A stretch of DNA of 29,236 nucleotides from Selaginella moellendorffii (lineage: Eukaryota; Plantae; Lycopodiophyta), in NCBI RefSeq assembly GCF_000143415.4, contig NW_003314368.1:545117-574352 (forward strand), given 5' to 3'. A model generated the notes under the pieces. That model had not been told where the DNA came from, made no database searches, and worked only from the letters and a program-made list of their open reading frames with translations. The position numbers and the translations under genes are program-made. Below, one piece after another: positions 10,745 to 22,077 of the stretch. How positions within the stretch are numbered: position 1 is the stretch's first letter; the number at the start of each line of letters is the position of its first letter.

Positions 10745-13700
10745 CTAACGCCTATACAATAATCTTGAAATTTCATCACTCTCCACACTATCAGGATTTA
10801 AACCCAATAGTAATGCCATCTCTTCTCTAATACGTCCACGCTCATGTTCAGTGGTCGAAGAACCCATCCGGTTGAGCAGATTATGGAGATGCGGATAGTG
10901 CTTGGCTAGACAATATACATGCCATAAATGATGACTGGTGTCTGTCCGATCAAATGGCTTCTGATATACCGTTCCATCTGCCATTTGGTTGATTTCTGCA
11001 GCCACCTCCTGGACTGGCCGGTTCTCTATCACCATCGCTCCAAGCCGTTTTGCAAGGTCCCCCAGAACATACGGTTTCTTCTCCCTAGTTTCCATACTGC
11101 AAGAGATGGGGTGCACTGCATATGTGTGCGTGTTCGCTGCAGTTTTAATCGGCGAGTCATCGATGATGAGGATTTCACTTGAGCTAGCAGTCTGGTTCAT
11201 CACTATAGCCTCTGGCTTGACGAAGATGGGCTTGCTACCCCTCACATGGACCATAGTCAAGCAATCCTCCTGCGTTAGGAGAAAGTCAAATGGTAATATT
11301 ACTCGCGTCTGATCGTGCATCATCTGTAGCAACGTTAATGCATTGTGGCGCATCATGGATGTCCAAACTCCCAATTGCAAATTGAACCCGGCCCTCTGTT
11401 TTAAGTGTCGCATGGTCATTATTAGATCCCGCAGTTTCTCCCGTGTGATTAATGTGAATCTGTCTCTTTTGACCAACTTGCGACCGCAGGCTTTGGAGGG
11501 TGCAATGACATTCGAGGACGAGCCACGCTCATGGGAGAAAAGGACACCATTCAGATAAAAAACGATACAGTACCTTCGCCGTGACTCTGAAATGAAGTGC
11601 GTCAGCATAAAAAATGGTACAAGTCAATTTTACCATCTACAATATTAGCGAATGTTGCTCCCGATGGTCGTTGAGAGGGTTTTGGTTGAGGAAATGTGAA
11701 GGGCGGAAATACTCTCCTCTGCAATGTGGGGTCAATTGCATCCGATGGCGTGTGGGCACATGCCATTTCAGCTGTAGACTCTGGTACAACTGGCTCAATA
11801 GTGGCATGGGGTGGTTCCGATGGCATGTGATCACACGCCATTTCAGCTGGTGCCTCCGTTGGCAAAGTGGACATGACCGAACAGGCAGCAGGGGCGGTGT
11901 AGGGAGGTTCCAACGGCGCGTAGTCAGACGATTGGGCACACGTTGAGTCCGTTGGAAATGAGGATACGACCGGCTCGGCGGCTGGGGCGGCCTCATGTGG
12001 GTCCAATGGCGCTTGGTCACCGTCAGGATGATACATGGACAAGATTGACTCAGTGGTATGGGCAGCATCAAGTGGAGCGTGGTCAGCTTGCTTGGCGTTG
12101 ATATGGATAGTAGCCTCCACCAGCTCTGATGACTCTTGCAGCCAAGTAGAGTCCACTGGCGGATCCATATGCATGTCCAAATATCTCCCTTCGATTGAGA
12201 TGGTATCCTCCCGTGCTACTAAAAACAAACTCATTAGCACATTGAATCGACTATACTGTATTTACCATCAACTGCTATTGAGGAACTAGGACCGATATCA
12301 CTTGAGCGCACTGCTGATTCTGAAGGATTGGACATACGTTTCGACCCTTGCTTGGCACTATCCTTCCTCGACACTAAAGGCTAGAGTTTGTAAATTCAAC
12401 TGAATAATCTCTACTTACCATTTGCTCTGCGACCTACATGGACAATGTTAGAAATGGTAAAAGGTTAGGAATGGATGTATTATTATTTACCTGATGGTTT
12501 GTCTTGTATGACCTTCCTCCGCCGCTCTTTGGCCACCTCAGGCTGGCCATCGTCGTCATCATCGTCGTCGTCGTTATTGTGATCGTCACCATTGTGAGGA
12601 CCATCCAAGTCCTCTTCGTCCTCCTCTTCTTTGTCCTCCTCTTCGTCCTTCTGCTCTTCCTGCTCATTATCTTTCTCTGGCTCCTCATCCCCCTCCTGCA
12701 TTTCTTCCATAAGCTGCTCAGGCTGGATGGCTTGTTCTTCCAGGACCATCTTGGGAAAATCATCTGGCCGAGTCTCCATCTCAAAATACAAGACATCCAT
12801 AGCCTGTTTTAGTGCGTGACCTAGGACCGTATCCTCACCCGACTGTGTTAACATGGTTTCTGCACGTTCTTGCACCCTTCGAAGACGATGAGATGAGAAA
12901 AACGTGGCCCTGCCTTGAAAAGCTTCCCTCATCCATTGTACCTCTCCATTGAGATTGGGGAAGGGGAGTCCGCCATAGGAATCTGAGTCATGAGGTGGTG
13001 ACTGCCTGCTTTCACTCAGCCCTTGATTTGCAATGAATGGCATGAGCACACACGCCATAACCGCGAGGCATTACCTATCATCTTTTCGTTGCCCTTCTTC
13101 CTTTTCGAATCAAACGCCTCTGATCTCGATGACTGTCCAACGTGCTTTCGCTTTTTATGACCACTGTCAGTTTGAGCTTAGCTGGTGCTTGCCTGTTTTG
13201 CCTTTGAAGAAGTTTCTCCTGCAAGGAATGGCATGAGACCACACGCCATTGCAAATATAATTTGTACCTCCTTTTTTCCTATTGCTTTTCTGTTTGTCCT
13301 TCTTCGATGTGCCACCAGTGCGCTTTTCAGTCCTCGTGTCTGAATATTCACAACGATCTATAATCAAAATGGCGTGAGGCCTCACGTGACCTTACCTTGT
13401 GCAGGTTGTGAGCTCGGCCCAACATGGGTATCTTCAACAGTAGCTGTTAACGCCGTTTCAGCATCTGGGGGTGGCCACGCTCCTGCATACAGAGCTTGTG
13501 AGATAACATTTAAACTTAAAGTGCGTACTCACCAGGTTCGCAGAGAAGATACTGTTTTTCTTTGGCAACTGTAATTATATGCTCCATTGAAGTCACCTCT
13601 TCAATGGAGTTTGTCACCGCAACACACGGGACACCCTTGAGTAGTGTGGCTCAAAAGAATAGTCCACCGCAGTTGTACTCGACAACGCATTTGCCCTTGG

Positions 13701-16053
13701 AGTCGGAAGCAGGTGACCCACCCGCTATTGCGTTGAAGACCCAGCTGAGCATTTCCCATGCTGCACCTGGAGCTTTCTTTGGATTCGAAAGCTCCATAGC
13801 CGTCTTCAGTTCCTCAGGCACGGGTAAATTGACCTCCCTCAGATCAATTCGATTGGCCTTGTCGAACGAAGCTGGGAAGTCACTCCAGTCCCACTCTGCT
13901 GCAGGACCAATAACAAGGGCGAGTGTGAAGATGCGGACATTCGTCGGTATCTTCTTCTTAGCCATTATCCCATGGATCTCCCGCATCTCCTTGCCTTTCA
14001 ACCGAGCCTTCACCTCGTTCAAGGCCTTCTAGAACTTGTGATAGGATTCGGAGTCGTAGATCATATAGTGGACTGAAGATTCCACCTCCGCAAGTCCCAC
14101 CATTAAGTCAATGATGGAGCTGACTTCGTCTGCATGAGTGATCTCCTCGTTTGTGAAGTCCATCACACAAAAGATGTTCTTGACCTGCTCATCTCCGCGG
14201 GAAACGATGCTCCTCCACCTTTGATCCTCATCCGAATTCAAGTATACCCGGTAAGGTTCTCGATAGGCCTCTGCTGCGGGGTCGAGCTGTTTCTGAAGCC
14301 GGCGGTCGACATCAATCTTAATGAAATTTGGATACTGATCCAACTTCTCAGCTTTACTTTTCGTGGCATCCCGCAGCAGATCGATGAACTTGGGGGCCCC
14401 CTTCACGTACTCGTCGATGTCTTCATTTGACAACTCCAGCGCTTCCATCATCTCTTGCGTGGTGTTGATGCTCACCCTCTCCACGGCCACTTGCTCGAAG
14501 ATCCAATCCTTCAATAGCGCACGAGCTCTCAGAGTCATGCACAAGTCCTCGTATGTCACAATATGGCCGGGAGTCATTTTGGTCTTGTTGAAGACAACCT
14601 CACCACGTAGAAGAGCATTAGCCACTGTCAGAAGGTCGTCGTCGTCTAGAGACCGCGAGAAACGCAAGGCGTTGAGCTTCAAATCATTGGGCTTCCGGCC
14701 GTCCTCCACACCCATTGAGTTTGGCAACTCCCCGTCATGGTACCTCCTCAGCACATCTACCCATTTGTCAAAAACAACTTTTGTCGCGAGTAGAATGTTA
14801 TGGATGCTGAGTGTGTCATTGACCCCCAGTGTTTTCGAGAGAAGACTCGAGAATTCCTGCAATGGAAATGGCGTGAGGCCACATGCTATGCCACATACAA
14901 CGAGGCTTACCTGCCAGGCGCTAGTTGCTAGTGCACGTCCTTGTCCTGGTTTTTGTGGCTTCTTCAGTTGAACCCAGAGCTTCCGTGTTCGTGCCAATGT
15001 CTCGTGCAGACCAGATTTGTAGCACGTTTCTTGCTTGACATTCTGCGCGTGGGAGATGTATATGATAGATCGGAGGGGCGAGTTGCCTTTTATCAGGCGG
15101 ACAACTCTTGTCTTGAAGACTTTCTTCACCTCCTCGCCCACCATAATATCCACAACTATCTCTTGCATCGCCAAGCTAGAATGCTGCCCGGAGACGGCAT
15201 AGAACCGGATGTTCTGATCGTCCAACACCTTCCTATTGATCAAGTCTGGAAACCTCATCTCGCCCTTCATTTTTTGGTAGTAGGGGATCACGTCTGCGAT
15301 GTCGGGTGTTACTGGACTTGCCAGCATCTTCTGCTTCAATTTCTCCACCCACTCATCAGATACTAGCCTGTGGTTGTATTTGCTTTGGATGTCGATACGG
15401 CTCACGTCGATTGTATATACTTTGTTGGAATAGTAACAAGTACTATTATCTGCGACGATTTTTGCTGCCTCTTCTTGCTCTTTCTGCTCTTTGCGGCTCT
15501 TCTTTTTGGTGGGTGTAGTGTTCGAACCCGAGGCAATGGCATCACTGAGTAGCTTCTTTTTTGGAGCAGGAGAGTCAGACGTCGGCTTGAGCTTGACCAC
15601 CCTTTTCTGCTTCGAGGTAGTTTCCAGATCGACCCCCTTCCCCTTTGCTTCGCGAACTGGAGTCACTCTCAACGGCTCAATGTTGGAATATAGTTTTTGA
15701 ACATCGCCGTAGGTGAGGTCCGTGGATTCCATGTGATCTTCATAGACCCGCAGCGTCTTTGAAATTGTGGGCCTCCTGGACAACCTCTCCCTAGCTCCCT
15801 CTAGGAATTCCTCATAGCCGCTGCCCCCCTTCGGGAAGCCGCTAGGATGTGCAAGGTGGATCTTGAAGGCAGACGCTGTCTCTACCACAAGTGCCAGTCC
15901 ATATTCTTGCATGGAACTGCATGGAGTGTCTGTCACTTGGATGAGGATCCCCATGCATTCTTTTCTCCCACCATCTGTGTTGTACAGCCTCAGATCCTCG
16001 CCTTCCATCCCGAAAGTCCAACTGGTGAGCTCCTCCCCCTTCTCTGCATCCAT
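10745..16053 (-). pseudogene. Transposon accessory gene, ~1622 codons: ParB-like domain, DNA amino-methyltransferase-like fold, basic/acidic/Pro-rich linker, FCP1/NIF HAD phosphatase-like domain; 3 premature stops
   Basis: Exons 16053-14911, 14856-13533, 13482-13396, 13357(or 13339)-13268, 13218-13075, 13021-12491, 12433-12419, 12373-12266, 12218-11634, 11586-10745. All junctions are GT-AG and phase-consistent. Stops at 14029-14031, 13651-13653 and 13178-13180. Confidence 0.8.
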
Positions 16054-16533
16054 ATTGACAGTGGCTAGAAGAAGAACGCAATTCCTCGCCTGTTCAGAAA
16101 TGCACAACAATTAGAGCTGACAGATGAAAAGCTAGTAGCTGGAAATAACGTGAGGCCACACGCCATTCACCACTGCATCAGATGTCTTGAGGCTGCATCC
16201 TAAGATGGCGTGAGGCTACACGCCATCTGTAACCGAACTGCACTCGAGAGCCCAATCGGTGCATGCCAATGTTGCTACTGAATGGCATGTGGCCTCATGC
16301 CATTTTCTACTTGGCCTAAAAGACTTACCATTTGAAGCCGAATGGAGGTGTGACAACCGGACTCGCTGGCGAATGTGCACTGTGTGTGCAGCGGATCGTA
16401 GCAGCAAGGCTACTCTGCCACTTACAGTTGGAGAGTGGCGCTGAAATCTCCCGGGACGCCAAGTGGGCTGCGTGTGGGTGGCGGAGTGGGCGGCGGAGTT
16501 GGCGGCGAAGTTACAAACTGGGTGTGTCTTGAA

Positions 16534-16735
16534 GTGGACGCCGATGCACACGAGCACGATGCGAGCGCGATGCGAGCGCGAGTGTGATGCAAGCGCGAGT
16601 GGACGCCGATGCACACGAGAAACCTGTAGAGAAGTGGGAGCGCGAGTGGGAGCGCGATGCGAGCGCGAGTAGGAGCGCGATGCGAACGCGAGTGGGAGCG
16701 CGATGCGAGCGCGAGTGTGCGAGCGCGAGTACGAA
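16534..16735. repeat. CpG-rich degenerate tandem repeat (GCGAGCGCGAT / GGGAGCGCGAGT units)
   Basis: Visible 11-12-bp units plus a 21-bp direct repeat gtggacgccgatgcacacgag. Confidence 0.85.
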
Positions 16736-17048
16736 GCAAAATGCAAAACCTAACCTCACACGCGCGAAATGTCACGACGGTTGGTAATCCCGCCACGTCA
16801 TCATTTTTCGGACTTGGGCGCCACCATTAATTTCTGGATCGGCGCACGCATGCGTGAAATCCAAAAGAAATCCGCAACGTCATCATTCCTCGGACTGCAT
16901 ACACGCGAAATCCAAAAGAAAGATCATGATTGGGATATCATTTAATACCCTCGCTATATTTATACCATGCATGATTGGATATTCCAAAGCATCTTGTATT
17001 TCCAAAAATGCCAGTGTTCAGCTAAATAAATTGTCAGAGGATGACGTT

Positions 17049-18084
17049 CAAGCATGTGGGCTCATGCAATTTTGATCCCAAAAAATGCACCAAAAAATGC
17101 TCGGCGTCATCTGGCGTTATCTCTTGAATGGCGTGGGGCCGCATGCCATTTTCAGGAGCACATAGGAGTATATTCCTAGAATATTCTGACACGCGCGAGA
17201 TTGTTTTGAGTTTCCTGGAGATCCAACCGTTAGATCGCAACTAGATTTTACAGAATGGTATACAATGTCCTTCTTGATGACCCTGCAAAGAAGCATCTCG
17301 ATCGGACACCACATGAGACCACACGAGCCTTACAATGTTTCAGGGGCATTTGCCATAGATCCGACCGTTATTTTGCTCCAAGATTCTACAGTTTGGTGTG
17401 CATTAACCTTTCCATCGACACTGCAAAGGGACATCACAATCAGATGCGGGATCACAAGAAACCAACTTCACTAACTCTGGTTTCACCAAGATCTACGTAA
17501 GGAGTTATGAAATGAAAGGACCCTCTCTATTGAAATGTGTTTATGGTCCTAGGGGCATTGTGACATATCCAAGGATTTTGCATCAAGTTCTGTATTTGCA
17601 TGTTTATCAAGCTACTGAATTGCTAAACCCTAAACCCTAAACCCTAACCCTAAACATGTGGCAAATGCTGCGTGAAGAAAGATGCCCTTTCTGGGCAAAT
17701 GCTGTAAGAGGCAGATTCCGAGCAGATGTATCTCAGGCCAGCGAAGGGGACAAACGAAAGCTAGCTATAAACATGACGGGATGCAAATAGATTACTAGGC
17801 TGGTCCTGCGAAAATCAAAAACCATAATTGAAAACATTGAAAATGCAAAAAGAAAGGTTTATAATATTTTTGAATTTTAAGCAACCAAATGAATGTAAGT
17901 AGGGCATGTGTTTGTAAGTTTAAAAATGCCTCAACCACTTAAATTCCCAAGTAAATAAAGCTGTTTCTATTTTTGGTACAGGTAAACTTTATAGCGTGTG
18001 GGCTCATGCAATTTTGAACCCAAAAATGCACCAAAAAATGCTCGACTAGCATTATTCTTTGAATGGCGTGTGGCCTTATATTGC
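17049..18084 (+). repeat. ~90-100-bp direct repeat pair (17049-17149 and 17991-18084), each bounded by palindrome copies
   Basis: gggctcatgcaattttga.cccaaaaa(a)tgcaccaaaaaatgctcg...ttgaatggcgtg.ggcc occurs in both. Confidence 0.85.
17623..17655 (+). repeat. Interstitial plant telomeric repeat (CCCTAAA, ~4.5 units)
   Basis: ctaaaccctaaaccctaaaccctaaccctaaac. Confidence 0.9.
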
Positions 18085-18455
18085 CATAAATGGACGTACA
18101 CACACAGCATAATTATTCCTTTACATGGCGAATAATCTTGGCGCGGATCGCTGACATGGCATGGCAAAGTTCGAATCACTGACATGGCACAGCTGGATCG
18201 AGGCAAGGACATGATGTGACAAAGTTCAACCTCCGACAGCAAAGTCTAGAAGCTACTCAGTTTGAAATTTGTCAGAGGAATCATAAGATCTGGTTTGTCA
18301 GAGGATTTGATGTGACGTTCAAGCGTGTGTTATTTTTGAATTCTCGAACTCATTCCTAGGTCTATCATTTTTGTGCGCCGTGTTCTTGGTTCCGCTGAGC
18401 GCAGTGAGCGCTGCTTGTGTAAGCGGCGTTGTGAGCTGTGGTTTATGCGTCTACA

Positions 18456-18585
18456 AGCGGTTGCGGCATTGCGAGCGCCATTGCGAGCGGCAGTTTATGC
18501 GAGTGGCAGTTTGTGCGAGCGGCGCTACGAGCAATTGCGGTGTTGCGAGCGGCACTACGAGTAGTTGCGGTGTTGCAAGCGGCAC
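18456..18585. repeat. CpG-rich degenerate tandem repeat (TTGCGAGCGGC-containing units)
   Basis: Repeated gcgagcggca and ttgcggtgttgcg units, including a ~30-bp tandem. Confidence 0.8.
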
Positions 18586-18940
18586 CGTCTTTGGTGTGGC
18601 TACCGCTTCCTCTTGATATTCGGCACTTGTGCTTCCTGGTATGTTCACCATGGAATGGTTTAGGACCACATTTAGAAATGGCATGAGGCCACATGCCATC
18701 TTGGGCCCTTGCAATTTCATGGCTAGCGTATTGTCATGTATGTTTTTACTTGCCTGCAGCTGTGTGTATATCAAGATGGCATGAGGCCTCATGCCAATTT
18801 TGTGAATGCAAAATTTCACGTGGGTGTCAATAGCATGTTTGAATAATGGCATGTGGCCTCATGTTATTTGGTATGTTATGATTTAGGCCATTCTCCAATC
18901 ATTTTTTGTATGGTCTTAACTTCTTTTCTGCACTTTCAGA

Positions 18941-21900
18941 ATGGCCTTTAGGGTTGGGGAAAAGGTTTACATTTTGAATGGTGGGAAGAGAGTTGCAAAA
19001 GGGACCCTTGTGTCTATGGATCGGAACTTTGTTATACACTGTCAAAGGCTTGGGGAAGGCAATGCTGCTGTATCAGTAGAGACTGTCTTCGATGGGAATG
19101 TGGTCGCTATTGAACGAGGAGAGATGGTCGTCGGGGTAAATGTTGTTGTTGCCTTGAAAAATCTGCAGAAGAAAGCAGATGTTGGGGACAGCGCAAGTGC
19201 GACGCATGTTCCCTCCGTGGATCTTAAGAACCGTGCTACATGGATTCAGGCAAAGGTGTTTCTAAACAACCCCGAGGGGGAGGTGGTAGCTGAGGGCTTA
19301 GCCACAGTTGTCGATCCAAGAAATGCGGTTGCTAATCAAGAATTGGGCTGGGATGATATTGGAGTTGCAATTTTAGAGGTTGTTGACACAGAAGAAAACA
19401 GTCTGACTATTGGAAGCATTGTGCGGTGGAAATTGAGGCATTTAGTGTTTGAGAATGTGAAGGATTCACAATCAAACACCACTACAACTGATGACAGAAC
19501 ATCTCTTCATGGGAAAAGAAAGTACACCTTCCTACAGCGCAGCCAAAGGGATCTGAGCAACGAACCGAAAAGGCAGAAAATGGTGATGGACGTTCGAATG
19601 GTCTCGACAGTTGCTTGTTGCAAGAGGAGGTGCTGTCAACATGCTGATTGGGATGCTATTGAAGAGGAGAGAGCAAGATACAAGACATTGTCCTGGAAGG
19701 CAGCTCGCAATTTTGTGTATGAGGCATTACGGTCATCTGTTGATGCTTCAGAACATCAGGTGGGGGGCATGGTCTTCTAGAGGGGTTTGGTCTACATGAA
19801 GGCATGGAGAATCATTTATGGAGTCCCTCGAACCACATTCTACAGAATCAAAACTGAGTTCGAGGAACAAAGGGTTGAAAAGGCAGTCCATGGGAACGAC
19901 GGTACGCACAAAACCAGGGGTCATGTTGTATATGGAGAGGCAATCTTCAAGAGGTTTGTCGAGACATGTAGCGAGCAGCAACCACATAAAACCCGCCTCT
20001 TGGAAGATGGAACACGAGACACCCAACGAGTTCTCCCTTCCATGTATACCAAGGGGGCCATATTGGAAGATGTGAATCGGGAACTCCAGAGTAATGGCTA
20101 CAGGAAGCTGAGCCAATCTAGATTTAGTAGATTGTGGAGCAACAGGTTTAGGGATGTGAGTATAGGAAAGTACTCCAGCTTTTCAAAGTGTGACGAGTGC
20201 ACTGCTATCAAAATGGCTTTGTCGAAGAATTCTTGCAGCGCTCAAGAGCGAGAGACGTTGGTTAGAAGGCGGCTCGACCACAACATCGAGCAGAGAAGCT
20301 GCAGGACTGCATATTATCATAACAGGATTCTCTCCATGGAGAGACCTGACTCTTACCTCTGCATCATCCACGACAAAATGGACCAGAAAAAGACGTGCTT
20401 ACCTCGACTCAATCCTGCCCCCAAGGCAATCTCTTCATCCATGCAGCTGCCTGTGTCTCTGTTTGGCATAATCGCTCATGGGCATGGTGCCCAGAACTAT
20501 GGGAACTTCTTTGTACCTCTATGGGGTGGCGGGGGTGCAAACATGATGATTGCGTCCCTAGCAAAACACTTAAGGTCTCTGCAAAGTGCGCAGACTGAGC
20601 TGAACGGCCAACCCTTGCATAAGGCCCTTGTCGATCGAACCCCATACAGGGTTCAGCTGGAGGAGGAGCAAAGGCTTGCAGTATCGCGTGGGGCCCCATG
20701 CCATCCCAGTGAATATGTTGGCCGTCAGATTGTAGGGTTATCACGTGAGGCCTCATGCCATTCCGACGAGGCTGGTCGCCCGGTGAATGCACACTCATCC
20801 AAACGAAGCAGAATCTCAAGGAAGTTCTTGCGGCCGATGTGGCCTTCCACCCCATCTTCTGCTCCAAACAGACAATGCTGGCAGTGAGAACAAAAACATG
20901 TACGTCTTCGCGTACTTGGCGATGCTTGTTGCCAAAGGCATATTTGAAACGGTTACACTTGGCTTTCTCATGGTTGGGCACACTCATGAAGACGTCGATG
21001 CCATGTTTAGTCACCTGGCAGAGTCCCTCCGGCGATCCAATGTCCTCACCCTCCCACAATTCTACGATGAATTCCAAAATTGCATCAAAGGCACTGTTGA
21101 AGCTGCACTTGTGATAGAGGTTCCAGACTTTAAGGGGTTTGTAAGAGGCTACATCAGGGACGGATCCGAAACGCTGATTGGCCACTCCAAGCCTCTTCAG
21201 TTTCATTTCAGCATGCGTGACGGTGCTCCAGTGATGAGGTACAAGATGAGAGAATGGGACACAGTGTGGCTGCCAGTGGACGGCATTGAACTCTTCAAGA
21301 GAGATCCCATAACTGGGGAACCTATGATTCCTCAGGGTTCCCCACGGCCGATGCACCCGGATGGACTCAAAGACCAGGAAAGTATAGTGGCCGGGATTAG
21401 ACAGCATATTGCCTTCTGGAAGAGGGGGTTGGTGTTTGGTGGAGAATCCTATTTTCAGAGGTGCAAGCCTTTGCTCGAATACTGGGAGAAGATTATATCT
21501 GCTATCCAAAATGGGCCGGTTGTATATGAAGAATTGGAAGAGTCCTTTTGGCCAGAACCCAGAGCACCAGATAGTAGCGGAACAATGTCCTCTGGAAATG
21601 CAGTGACAGATAACGATGTTGAGGATCACTATTGTGGGCCGAGGAACAAGAAGCCGGATTCAGCATTCAATCCAGTACAAGTCTGCAAAGGAATGGTCGT
21701 GCTTGTCAGACCCAGTAATAAAAAACAAATGATATGGGTGGGGCGCTGCATCACTGATGCAGAGGAGGACGCGGAAACTAACTCCTTCAATGTAACTATG
21801 GAGTGGTTCAAGCCAAGTTCCGGATATACGAAGGATTGCCTAGAAAAGAGATGGGTGCTGAATCCAAGGGATCCCAGCATGAGCATATCGGTGGATAATG

Positions 21901-22077
21901 TTGTGCATGGTTGGATGCGGAAGCAGAGTGCCACCATCACCTTGCCAGACCATGCAAGAGATGCAGCAAGAGCATTCATAACCCGGGTTCAAGGTGAGAT
22001 TTAATATTCCTTTACTAAGTTTCTAATGTATTTTATTTCAAGGTGAACAATCCGAATCTGAATCAGAGGAGGCGTGA
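18941..22077 (+). pseudogene. Sola-like DDD transposase (disrupted), with two N-terminal beta-barrel repeats and a C-terminal BAH/Tudor-like barrel
   Basis: ORFs 18941-19780 and 19787-20887 share a frame, separated by one TAG. A frame change (frameshift or intron) in ~20680-20850 leads into ORF 20787-22004, with a probable last exon at 22043-22077. Motifs CDEC...H, CIIHDKMDQKK, LLLQTDNAGSENKN, GFLMVGHTHEDVDAMFS. Confidence 0.82.

Noticed and set aside
16054-16110. TTG start of the 693-aa ORF
   Set aside because: Non-ATG start that overlaps a putative leader intron; the ATG at 16053 is preferred.
16216-16796. Arg/Ala/Ser-rich ORFs
   Set aside because: Translations of the CpG-rich tandem repeat.
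20409-21629. 406-aa antisense ORF
   Set aside because: Lies opposite the transposase core and has no motifs.
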